A stretch of DNA of 64,000 nt from Curvularia clavata. Its lineage: Eukaryota. The notes under the pieces were generated by a model that saw nothing but the letters and a program-made list of their open reading frames with translations, searched no databases and had not been told where the DNA came from. Positions 36,101 through 47,500 of this stretch are shown in pieces. The stretch lies in assembly GCA_023920165.1 (NCBI GenBank), contig CP089275.1, positions 4,216,001 through 4,280,000 on the forward strand. The letters are read 5' to 3'. A program made the position numbers and the translations under genes. Numbering within the stretch: the stretch's first letter is position 1; every line of letters begins with the position of its first letter.

Positions 36101-37020
36101 CTTTGTCTGAAAATAACTGGAATGTGTGTTGGCCATAATACATAACCTATACTAGTTGTATGGGCACGGTTAGTTTAGGCCCTGGGGGTTCGTGGCTTGC
36201 ACCAGCATATGGCCGGCACAAGTCTCAACTGTTTACATATAGACAAAACGAGGGCATTTGTTAGTGGGCATGGCCCCAAGATGGCCAGACTGCACGTCTG
36301 TTGAGAGAGGCAGAAAGGGCCAGGTGGGCAAAGTGGCCACTAAAGCACATAAAGTGGCCAAGGCGGGTCAAGAATGGCGAGAAGCAGGCGCGGTGACGTG
36401 CAAGTACAGGTGCTGCTTTCTCGCACGACGAGCGGGGAGATGGGCTCGGAGCGGCCAAGGTCTTTGGCTCTTGGCTCGTCGGAAATTGTCGCCTCCCTTA
36501 TCCACTCGAGGGCTCGATCTTCAGGAACGCGCACGGAGTCGAATGAAAACGAAGCGCTCCGGGCCAACAAAGCTGGGGACAAGTGGAGGCTCCATTGTTG
36601 CCCAGCGACACCAAGGCTACGCTGCGGTAATTGACCTCATCGAGGGCGACGAGGAGGGAGCGAGGACATAGGAAAAAACAAGAAGCGCGTGCTATTAAGG
36701 TTGTCATGGCGGTTCATGATGCAAGTGGCATGAGCCAAGCAAAGACGGCAAAAAAGGAGACGACGGCGATATGACGCACCGACGTGGATGCAGCAGGCGT
36801 ACAGCGAAGGCGTGCGAACAAGAACACGGCGCATCTTGGCCTCTGTCGGTGGCCACACAGAAGGCGACCCGTCGTGGGCAGGCGAGGGGTTGCAGGCGAC
36901 GTGGTATCGTTGGTCGCGTCACGGTGAGAGGTGGCCGCACCACATGGCCGCCAGTCTCCCCGTCAGGATGCAGAAGCGGGCTTGGCGTATGTGGTCTGTG
37001 CGTGCAAATGGCGCTAGATG

Positions 37021-37824
37021 GGGGCTGTGTAGCTGTGTATCCATCTCCCTGTGCAATCAGACGAATCCCCGGGCTCATGGCTCATGGCATCCTTAATGCC
37101 TCAGTGCCTGCCCTTCCCACACGCCTGTCTGAGAGACTCGGTTTCCGCTCATTTTTTTTCGCTGCGTGACAGTGGCTCTCTATTCCATTGTGTCTCGGTC
37201 GCCACACAACAAACGGCTTCGACAGCAAGCTGCCCAGAAGCATAGCCACAACATAGAGCCACGCATGAGCACGCGCATCTCATTGACATAGCCACGACCC
37301 AAACAGGCTCTGTCCCGTCTTCCAGCTTCTCTGTATCGCCATCCTGCGAATCAGTCGATCAATCAAAACAATCAATCCATCACTCCACAAATCGCCCCTG
37401 CCGGGCTTCTAGCCTTCCTAGTAAGCACCATCGCTTTGGCCGTGCATCGCGACTACCACCACCACCACCACTGCTACTACCCACTGCCCACTACCCACGC
37501 GTCCCCGTCTAGCTAGGACAAGAGACTGCCGTGGCTGAGGGCAATACGCAACCTCCAACGACGCGGGGCGAATGGTGCTAACAAGGCTATTGGTACCAGA
37601 TCCCCATTCTAGGGCCTCATCCACCCACTGGCTCTTGCCTCCACCTAGTACCACCCCACGCTCTTTGTGACGACTACGCTTCAAGCACCGCCTCCCTCTG
37701 GACGCCCTTTATTACCTGCCTGCACTTCCCGCATGCACTACTTCTCATAGTTTAGCCAGTTCACCGGAAACACACACCTGACATTCCTACGGCTTACATC
37801 CATCGCTTGCTTGTCTGCACAGCC
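37021..37824 (+). promoter_or_regulatory. Cluster of putative Crz1/CrzA calcineurin-dependent response elements upstream of PMC1
   Basis: GGGGCTGTG 37021, GTGGCT 37172, AGCCAC 37244/37257/37290, GTGGCTG 37531, CACAGCC 37818. Confidence 0.55.
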
Positions 37825-37885
37825 TACTTCCCCTTACGCCGACGCCTTCGCTCGACCGCAGCCGCAAGGCGCCTAGCCTGTTGCC

Positions 37886-40800
37886 ATGACGAGCGACCCG
37901 GCAAGCAATGGTCCTTCAAGACCAAGGGCGCCGACCATCACCATTGACACGTCTGCTGCCACCGACCCCAACATGAACCACTCCGTGCCTCTGGCAGAGA
38001 TTCACGATAGTAATCACAGGCCATCGGTAAACAGTGTCAATACCGACAATGTCTCGCCAACACAGCCAAGATCGTCCTCTCAGGAGCTGCGCGGCGCAAC
38101 CTCTTTCGAAAGCAGAGAGAGCAGGCCCACAAGCCCACACAACGTTAGCTCGCCCGTTGCGGCGTGGAACAGCAATGCTGGTCTGCTCAACGTCCCAGGT
38201 GCTCGGTCGAGGGGCAACTCGATGGACTCGGCCACTGACAATGGCGAATCCAATAGCACAGGCACCTACGTCGCCTCGTCCCAAGGCGATACCTTGAAGG
38301 GAGAGCTGGCACCCACTGAAATACTAAACGATCAGGATGCCCTGAAACCCGATCCAGGCACCGAAGCAGACTTTGTTGTCGAGAACAACAAGTTCGCCTT
38401 TTCGCCTGGTCAGCTGGCCAAGCTCTACAACCCCAAAAGTGTAAGTTGTTGGCCTTGAACCAAGTTGTGAATGGTGCTAATGTATTGCTCAGCTGTCAGC
38501 TTTTCATGCGCTAGGAGGTCTTGACGGCCTGGAAAAGGGTCTCAGGACCGACCGAAAGGCCGGATTGAGCGTCGACGAGCATCACTTGGACGGTGTTGTC
38601 ACCTTTGAGGAAGCGACAACTCCTAGCGCTGCCCATTCGCCGCAAAAGGCATCACCAGACGCCACTGCCCACGCAGAGACCACACATGGCGGCTCCAAGG
38701 ACGATGCTTTTGCTGACCGAAAGCGCGTCTTTAGCGATAACAGACTTCCCGTCAGAAAACCCAAAAACATCTTTCAGCTTGCATGGATGGCCTACAACGA
38801 CAAGGTGCTTATCTTGCTGACGTGCGCTGCCGTAATTTCACTTGCTCTCGGTCTGTACCAAACTTTTGGCGTTAAGCATGAGGATGGTGAGCCGGCTGTC
38901 GAGTGGATCGAAGGTGTCGCCATCATTGTCGCCATTGTCATCGTCGTCGTAGTCGGTGCCGCCAATGACTGGCAAAAGGAGCGACAGTTTGTCAAACTCA
39001 ACCGCAAAAAGGAGGACCGCACCATCAAGGTGATTCGTTCTGGAACCACTCGCGAGATCTCTGTCTATGATATCTTCGTCGGAGATGTTGTCAATCTGGA
39101 ACCTGGTGACATGATTCCTGTGGACGGTATTCTTATCCAAGGCCACGGTATCAAGTGCGACGAGTCCTCGGCTACTGGAGAATCTGACCTGCTGAAGAAG
39201 ATGCCTGGAGAAGAGGCTTTCAAGGCTATTGAGCGACATGACAACCTCAAGAAGGTCGATCCATTCATCCTTTCCGGTGCCAAGGTCTCCGAGGGCGTAG
39301 GAACTTTCATGGTCACAGCCACTGGTGTTCACTCGAGTTACGGCAAAACAATGATGTCGCTACGCGAAGACAGCGAAGTCACACCGCTTCAGAACAAACT
39401 CAACGTACTTGCCACCTATATTGCCAAACTCGGTGGAGCAGCGGCCTTGCTGCTTTTTGTCGTGTTGTTTATTGAGTTCCTTGTTGGTCTCAAGGGCAGT
39501 TCCGCCACACCTGCCGAGAAGGGACAGAACTTTCTTAACATCCTCATTGTCGCCATCACCGTTATTGTTGTTGCCGTACCCGAGGGTCTTCCTCTGGCTG
39601 TCACGCTTGCGTTGGCTTTTGCGACGACGCGCATGCTCAAGGACAACAACCTGGTCCGCCTACTCCGGTCCTGCGAAACCATGGGCAATGCCACTACCAT
39701 TTGTTCCGACAAGACTGGTACGCTCACGCAGAACAAAATGACGGTAGTCGCCGGCTCTCTTGGTACCGCTCTCCGCTTCGGTGACTCCAAACTCAAGGCG
39801 TCTTCAGCACCGCCCATTGATGATGGTGCCAAGGGCAAGGACACAGCATCGTCGCCGGTTGAGAACCCTAACGATGTCTCTGCTGCCGAATTTGTCGAAA
39901 CTTTGAGTCGCGACGTCAAGGATGTTCTCCTGCAATCCATTGTCCAGAACACTACTGCTTTCGAAGGCGAGACTGGAGGTCCCGATCCTTTTATTGGCTC
40001 GAAAACAGAGACAGCTTTGCTTGGGTTTGCACGTGATCACTTGGGATTGGGCAACCTTGCTCAGGAGCGCGCCAACGCCAACATCGTTCAAGTGGTTCCC
40101 TTCGATTCTGCTATCAAATGCTCTGCCGCTGTTGCCAAACTCAGTGATGGCCGCTACCGTATGTACGTCAAGGGTGCTTCCGAAATCCTGCTTGCCATGT
40201 GCGACAAGATTGTTACGGATGCCAACAAGGAACTTATCGAGGCCCCCATGACTTCCGATAACCGTGAAGCGCTCGAGCAAATCATCACAACATATGCATC
40301 CCGCTCTTTGCGAACCATCGGTCTTATCTACCGCGATTTTGAGAGCTGGCCGCCTGCCGAGTCTTCAAAGAACGAGGACGACCCGACTCAAGCAGTCTTT
40401 AAGGATGTGGCCAAGAAGATGATTTTCCTCGCCATTGTCGGTATCCAAGACCCTCTGCGTGAGAATGTCCGTGAGGCTGTAAAGGACTGCCAACACGCTG
40501 GTGTTTTTGTCCGCATGGTTACCGGTGACAATGTCTTAACTGCCAAGGCTATTGCTGAAGATTGTGGAATCCTGGTCCCCGGCGGCGTTGTTATGGAAGG
40601 TCCTGCTTTCCGCAAGCTGTCAAAGCGGGACATGGACGCTGTTATTCCCAAGCTCTGTGTTCTCGCCCGATCCAGCCCTGATGACAAGCGCAAACTCGTC
40701 AAACGTCTCAAAGAACTCGGTGAGACCGTAGCTGTTACTGGTGACGGAACCAACGATGCACCAGCACTCAAGACTGCCGATGTTGGTTTCTCTATGGGTA

Positions 40801-42158
40801 TTGCCGGTACCGAGGTTGCAAAGGAAGCGTCTGCAATCATCCTCATGGACGACAACTTCGCCTCTATCGTAAAGGCGCTCCTCTGGGGTCGTGCTGTGAA
40901 TGATGCTGTCAAGAAGTTTTTGCAGTTTCAGATTACAGTGAACATCACTGCTGTCCTCCTTACCTTCGTCTCCGCCGTCTCCAGTAGCGACCAGCAATCT
41001 GTGCTGACTGCTGTCCAATTGCTGTGGGTCAACCTGATCATGGACACTTTCGCTGCTCTGGCCCTCGCCACCGATCCTCCCACTCGCAGTCTCCTTGATC
41101 GCAAGCCTGATCCCAAATCGGCGCCTTTGATTACGTTGCGCATGTGGAAGATGATCATCGGTCAGTCCATCTACCAGCTGGTCGTCACTTTCATCCTCTT
41201 CTTTGCTGGCGAATCGATTCTCAGTTATGACAGTGATCGTGAGAAGCAGCAACTACCAGCTTTGGTTTTCAACACTTTTGTCTGGATGCAAATCTTCAAT
41301 GCTCTCAACAACCGCCGCCTAGACAACCGCTTCAACGTCTTCGAAGGCATCACCCACAACTGGTTCTTCATCATTATTCTGCTCATTATGATTGGCGGTC
41401 AGACAATGATCATCTTCGTTGGTGGCGAGGCTTTCAAAGTTACGAGACTGAACGGTCCTCAATGGGGTTACTCAATCGTTCTGGGTTTCCTGTCGATACC
41501 TGTCGGTGTCATTGTGCGCTTGATCCCCGACGAGCTTATCAGGAAATGCATCCCTGATTTCTTCCGGCGCAAGCAAACACCAGAGCTCGTTGTTTCAGAC
41601 GACGACTACTATTGGAACCAAGGGCTGTTGGAGGTTCGCGATGAGCTTGCTTTCCTAAGAAAAGTCCGTGGTGGCCGTCTGAGTGCAATCAAATTCAAGG
41701 TGCAGCACCCTAGGGAAATCTTTACCCGATCGCGATCCAGTCATTCACTACCTGGAACCCCCAATAACGGCGCTCAAACAGATGACGGTTCTCCTGCTCC
41801 GCCTACACCCAATAGCCGTCGTCGCACTAGGTCTCGTTCTAACTCTGCTTTTGGTCCAGCAACTGTCATGGCTGGCATCGTTGCAGGTAGCGTTGCAGGC
41901 TGGTCACCCATTGACCGCAGCAATGGTGACAATGACTCCATCAAGTTCAGCCGGAATGCTACTAAGCAAGATCTTGAAGCTCAAGAGGGCATTGAAGTTC
42001 ATCCCGATACCAAATCGACAGATCGCATTCTCGCCCCTGACGCCAATGAGTACCGCGGTCCCCCCAGCCAGAACGTAGAAACAACACCCGATTTCAGTGT
42101 AGGACCCTTCTCCGGTAACACTGGCGAACAATCCAAGCCAACCGGCCCTGGCACATAA
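37886..42158 (+). CDS. PMC1: Vacuolar/PMCA-type (P2B) calcium-transporting ATPase
   Basis: DESSATGES, VAVPEGLPLAVTLALAF, phosphorylation motif CSDKTGTLT, KGASE, MVTGDN, TGDGTNDAPALK and QLLWVNLIMDTFAALALAT; intron 38441-38492. Confidence 0.95.
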
Positions 42159-42885
42159 GGTCTAATCCTTTCCTGAACTCCAGAACCTACATCCATACAC
42201 ATCTCACCCGGAGTCCCTTGATATATCGGGACTTGAGTATAATAAGGGACTCATTCCAAAGCATTGTATATCCCAAGCATTCAGCGGCGTCACAGGCGTT
42301 TTCAGCCCTATCGGCTTGACCGATCGTAAATACCCATGTCCTTTTATTCCTGGCGCTTGATGATCCTTGTGTCGGCCATTGTATTATCCAAGGCACTTCT
42401 TTCCTTTTTCCACTCTTCCGTAGAAACTTTCTCGACATGGCACTTATTTCTTTATGTCTTCTTCTCAGAGCCAACTAGCACCAGCAGCAAATGTCTGATA
42501 TCGCAGCAATGTGCCTCCAAACGATACAAAAAGTTCAAAGAATAATATTTTAAACCAAGCCAAGCCCAGTTCTTGATACGTGATGATGTTACGTGTATTG
42601 CGGGTCCGTGCTGAACTTGGTGATGTTAAAGTTCAGAACGCGTAGCGTAACGTCCGGTTAATCGGTGCATACTCGGAGACTTGTGGCGCTAACGACGTCA
42701 TCTTAGAAATTCGACCAGCACCCTACTAAGCAAGGGTAGATATGACGCTGCTATATGTATCTCTCTATTCTCACAATATCAAGCATATAGTAAAGTAAAA
42801 TCCACATCATCATTTTCGTCTTCTTGACAATCTGCAGAGTCTCACTGAACTCAACAGACGTGCTCCTCGAATAACTAACAATACA

Positions 42886-43926
42886 ATGGCACACAACATC
42901 CTACTCATCGGAGGCCACGGGAAAGTTGCTCAACTTCTCACACCCCTCCTCTTGGCCAAGTCTTGGAATGTAACGAGCATGATTCGCACAGCTTCACAGC
43001 AGCCTGCTATTGAAAAGTTGGGACAAGGTCAGCCAGGCAAGCTAAGTGTGCTTGTGAGTAGCGTTGCGGATGTCAAGAGTGAGAAGGATGCAAAGAGTAT
43101 TCTGGATCAGGTAAAGCCTGATTGGGTTGTTTGGAGTGCTGGTACGTGCGTCCTGATTTTGTTGGCCTCTCTTTCTTTCTTTTTTGGTGTGTGTGTATGA
43201 GGCAGAACATTTATCTTTCTCGAATCATGTCACAAGATCATTACCTATGGCAGAGGACATGTGTTTAATCAGCATATGTCATCAGCCGAGCCAAATGTTA
43301 TCTCTCAAAGCATGTAAATGTGTCCCTTGGCTAACGATACAATAGGTGCCGGAGGCAAGGGGGGCGCGGAAATGACTTTTGCAATCGACCGCGATGCCGC
43401 AATTGCCTTCACAAAAGCCAGCATACATACCCCTTCTGTCAAGAAGTTCCTAACAGTATCCTATCTCTCCTCTCGCCGTGGCCGTGCACCCTGGTGGAGT
43501 GACGAGGACTGGGCTGCTGCGCAAAAGGTCAACAACGAGATACTGCCAAACTACTTCAAGGCCAAGGTCGCCGCTGATGAAGTTCTAACCATTCTGTCCA
43601 ATGACCGCTTGGCAAAAGAAGAGAAAGAAGGCGTGCCAGCTAACCAGCGCTTCTGTGGCATCAGTTTGCGACCCGGTACATTGACCGAGGAGCCGGCGGG
43701 CAAGGTTAAGATGGGCAGGATCGGGGCGGGTGAGAAGGTGAGCCGCGCGACGGTTGCCGAGGTTATTGTCAAAGCGTTGGAGAAGGACGAACTGAGAGGT
43801 TGGCTTGACTTTGTTGATGGAGCAGATGAGATTGAGGGGGCAATTGACAAGTTTGTCAACCAAAAGCAGGATAGTGTTGAGGGCGAGGACTTGGAAGAGA
43901 TGAGGTTGAGAGTGGAGAAACTTTAG
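42886..43926 (+). CDS. NAD(P)-binding Rossmann-fold protein (UPF0659/YMR090W-like)
   Basis: ILLIGGHGKVA, VVWSAGAGGKGG...AIDRDAAI, YFKAKVAADE and LRPGTLT; intron 43142-43345. Confidence 0.88.
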
Positions 43927-44585
43927 AAATGGGAGAAAGGATGATACTGTTCTATCTTTACAGCAAATGAATAAGAAAAGGATGCATCTCGTGTTACATT
44001 GGTTGCTTCAGATTGTTCCTAGGGTCGTACTGTAGCGATATCGAAAGTCCTGCATATGAGGCCACAGGTGAACTTTGCTTAAAGGTGATCGCTGCCATCT
44101 TTTCAGATCTACTTCACTTCTCCTGTTAGCGAAGACGCACTATGCAAACAGTTTGAGAGCGAATCAGTCTTAGCATGTTCTATATATTCTAGTATAGTTA
44201 AGTAAAGCGCTCCTGGTCTTGTTGGATATTACGTCAAGATTGGAGGCCACCAAGCAGGCCATTTTTCTAGAGAGCCTGGTGGTGCTATCAAGTACCAGTT
44301 TCGACGTTTCTCTGAGATGTGTGAAGCGCATATGACGTGTCCGTGCGCGTCACGTGCACGTTGTCGGTGGTACCTCGCAGACTCCGACGCGACATACGTT
44401 CGTCACATACACAGCAACCAGCAAGGTTGCTGCGATTATTTTTAATTTCAATATCGCCCTTGGCCTGTTGATCGTTACTTGCTCATCACGAAGGATTGAA
44501 CGACACACGTTCAGCATGTATATATGAGGAGCATAGAGATGTCCGTGAGCTGAAGCAACCAGCCTCCGCAACATTGATAACAGTC

Positions 44586-47500
44586 ATGTCGAAATCCACG
44601 TCAAATCCTCAACAGGCCCGAGTGCAGAAAGTGTGCACACTATGGACACATGATGACAATTTCTCAAGAGATGACATTGTATTCAACAGCGAGAAATTTC
44701 CTGAACTCCCCACTGGAGCCGGTTCCTTGCTTCAGATAGTGGCCATACAGGAAGACAACGCCGTCCGCAATTTTAATGCAGGGCTGAAGAGTGCGCAGCA
44801 CGACGTGGCACAGTCAGATTTCGAAGCGTCATATAAAGATGGCAATGTTCACAATCATCCAAGGAGACATCCTCGGGACACCAATACGATAACGCTTGAT
44901 GAGAATGGATCGACTGTTCCTGGCGGACGCGACATTGACGCAGATAAGGCCTACGTCTTCGTCCCAAAGACTCTTTCCCCAGACTTGAAGTCAAAGTACC
45001 CAAATCTACAGGTACGTCATAACTAAGGTTATCATGAACCAAACCTGACCCAAAAAAGGTTTCCATCTCAGAACGCATTGCCAAGGTGTTCGGGTTTCGT
45101 AATAGGATGCAAGTCGTGGTCACCGAGGCTGATGAGGACCTCCATGAAGCCCATCATGTTGAGATTGTATTCCGTGATGAGTACCTTGCACGTGCAGATA
45201 TGTGGCGTATGGCCATCTCCGAGCTTAGCAAACGCACCGTCTATCGGGGTCAGAGACTTCTGTTCATGGGAACGATCAAGGCCACTATCAAGCACATCTA
45301 CATAAACGGCCAATCTGTCCACTCTGGTTACTTCTCGCCCAAGTCAAAACCCATATTTCGCAGCGAGTCTGCACGCTACACCCTGTTCATCCAGATGTCT
45401 AGGGAAATGTGGGATTTCGATACCGAAGGTGCCGGCGAGATTATGTTTAACAAAGTCGTTAGCGGGTTTCTCCCAGACCTGTTCAAGAGATGGCTAAGAA
45501 TCAATGCGCGACACTTGGTCACAATCATACTCTTTACTCGGATGCAATACGACGGCGAGCCAGTAGCGGATCGTCCCGAAGGTACGACAAGCGACACGCA
45601 CTTTGACTCGCATTCGGGCACTTTCAGAGACTACTATCGAGTTGTTGTGAGCGACATGGCCAGCGGTGATTGGATTAACATCTTATATCAACTCAAGAAG
45701 GAGTTTAGGATGTTCCTTCGAGAAGTATCTCTTGTGCGCAAGCCGGCAAAACAAGCTACCGGTAAAGAAGACGGAGGGCCAGATGGTTCGGCTCCTGAAT
45801 TCGTCGTTGCCGGAAGGCCTTCTTCTGCAAGTCAGGGCAATATCCTTGAAGCCATCAACCTAGCCGCAGCTCAATTTTCGAAAGATTATATTGATCGTGA
45901 CCTTGTTCGAACCGGTATCTCTGTCATAGTTGTCAGCCCTGGAACAGGTGTTTTCGAGGTGGATTATAACATGCTCAAACTGACTACAGATGTACTGATC
46001 GGATCCGGCATTGGTATTGACTTGGTGTGTCTTTCCCCAATGCCACTTCACTCTGTGCCCCTGTTCAAGTATCAAACACCTCGCTCAGTATCCGACTTGA
46101 AGGCTGAACAAGAGAAACACCATCCACCCATAGGCATATCGCGGACGGAAGAGGACAAGACACCTCGCCAAAGTCAGCCTAACTTTGGCTCAGTTTCACA
46201 TGCCTCTATGATAGAACATGTGCCGACCGACGGCTCTGCGGATGCTCTAGACAACTGGAGATTTGCAATGCCCTACTGGGTAGATATTTCTTTCTGGTCT
46301 GGCACATCTGAGGAAATTCTGGAACTCACAAAACCAAGGAAGGCCGATAAAATTGTGAAGAAGTCGCGCAAGAAAGGCCGCATCTTTTCCCTGAGATGCC
46401 GTCTATTTGAGCTCCAAATGATGGGCGTCATGGAGAATGAACTCGGAGATATTGCGATTCCTTATCTAGAGGAAGACCCGATGTATCCACATCATCTGCG
46501 CGAATCATTTGACCGAGACGATGACGGCCAGAAAAAAGCACCCCTAGTCAAGTCCTCAACTGCCGGAGCAGGCTCGTATTCGTCAAGAGGCGAAAAAGAG
46601 TACAGCAATGACCAGCTGGATGAAGTTCGATCTGCACACAAAATCTGGATGGATGCATACGACAATGGCGTTTTCTCACCAATAATGGAAAGACTACCTA
46701 CACCTGATCACCAAACGCATCAGCGAAGACTGAGCGATCAAATATCCACTGGTTCTCCTAGGTTATCCAGAAGTTTCCAACTGTCTTCTTCATTCCGCAG
46801 TGGCGGTCCGTCAATCCCCAAGACAGCTCGTCCACCCCCGGAAAACAACTTCCCGCAAGTTATGCGTGAAAGATCAAAAGAGCTAGAAAGCCACTCTCCA
46901 CGTGGCACGACCTATCGGGTCTCTGATTACAAAGGTGAGGGCATTCCGCGTGCTGACGTTCTCCAAAGACAAAAGAATTGGGCGAAAAATAACACTGGCA
47001 TCACCCGTCCGGTTTCGCACAAAAGGGACAACTCTGGGGACTCCCAAAAACATCATCCATCTAAACAGTCCACACCAAAGCATTCGCCAGCACCAAGCCG
47101 AGGGGTATCCCCTTCGAGGCGAGCCGGGCTTCCTTCAGCCAATAGCGCGGTAACAACGACATCAGCCAAACCTGAGATAAAGAGTAGACCTTCCAATTGG
47201 TTTTTGAGGCAAATGAGCTTCGGCGGGAAAGCAGCGCCAGCCAAACCAACCCTCGGAGATGCTACTATCGATATTAGCCAAGGCAAAGTCAAGCCTGCCA
47301 TGCTTACCGTTGAGAACAACCAAAAAGGCATCATCGCAGAAAGGTTGGCAAGCACTCGTCACAATTCCACAGAGAAAGCCTCGCAGCCTATTGCCATCAA
47401 ACCCGCATCGCGTGCCGGCCCAACTTCAGCTGAGTCGCTTGCTTCTGATCGTGCTAGCCGCTCGATTGAAACCGTTAGAGGTATGCGATCCAGCAAACCC

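Noticed and set aside
43142..43345. 204-nt intron as a possible snoRNA host or twin intron
   Set aside because: I could not identify C/D or H/ACA boxes or a nested donor/branch/acceptor set.
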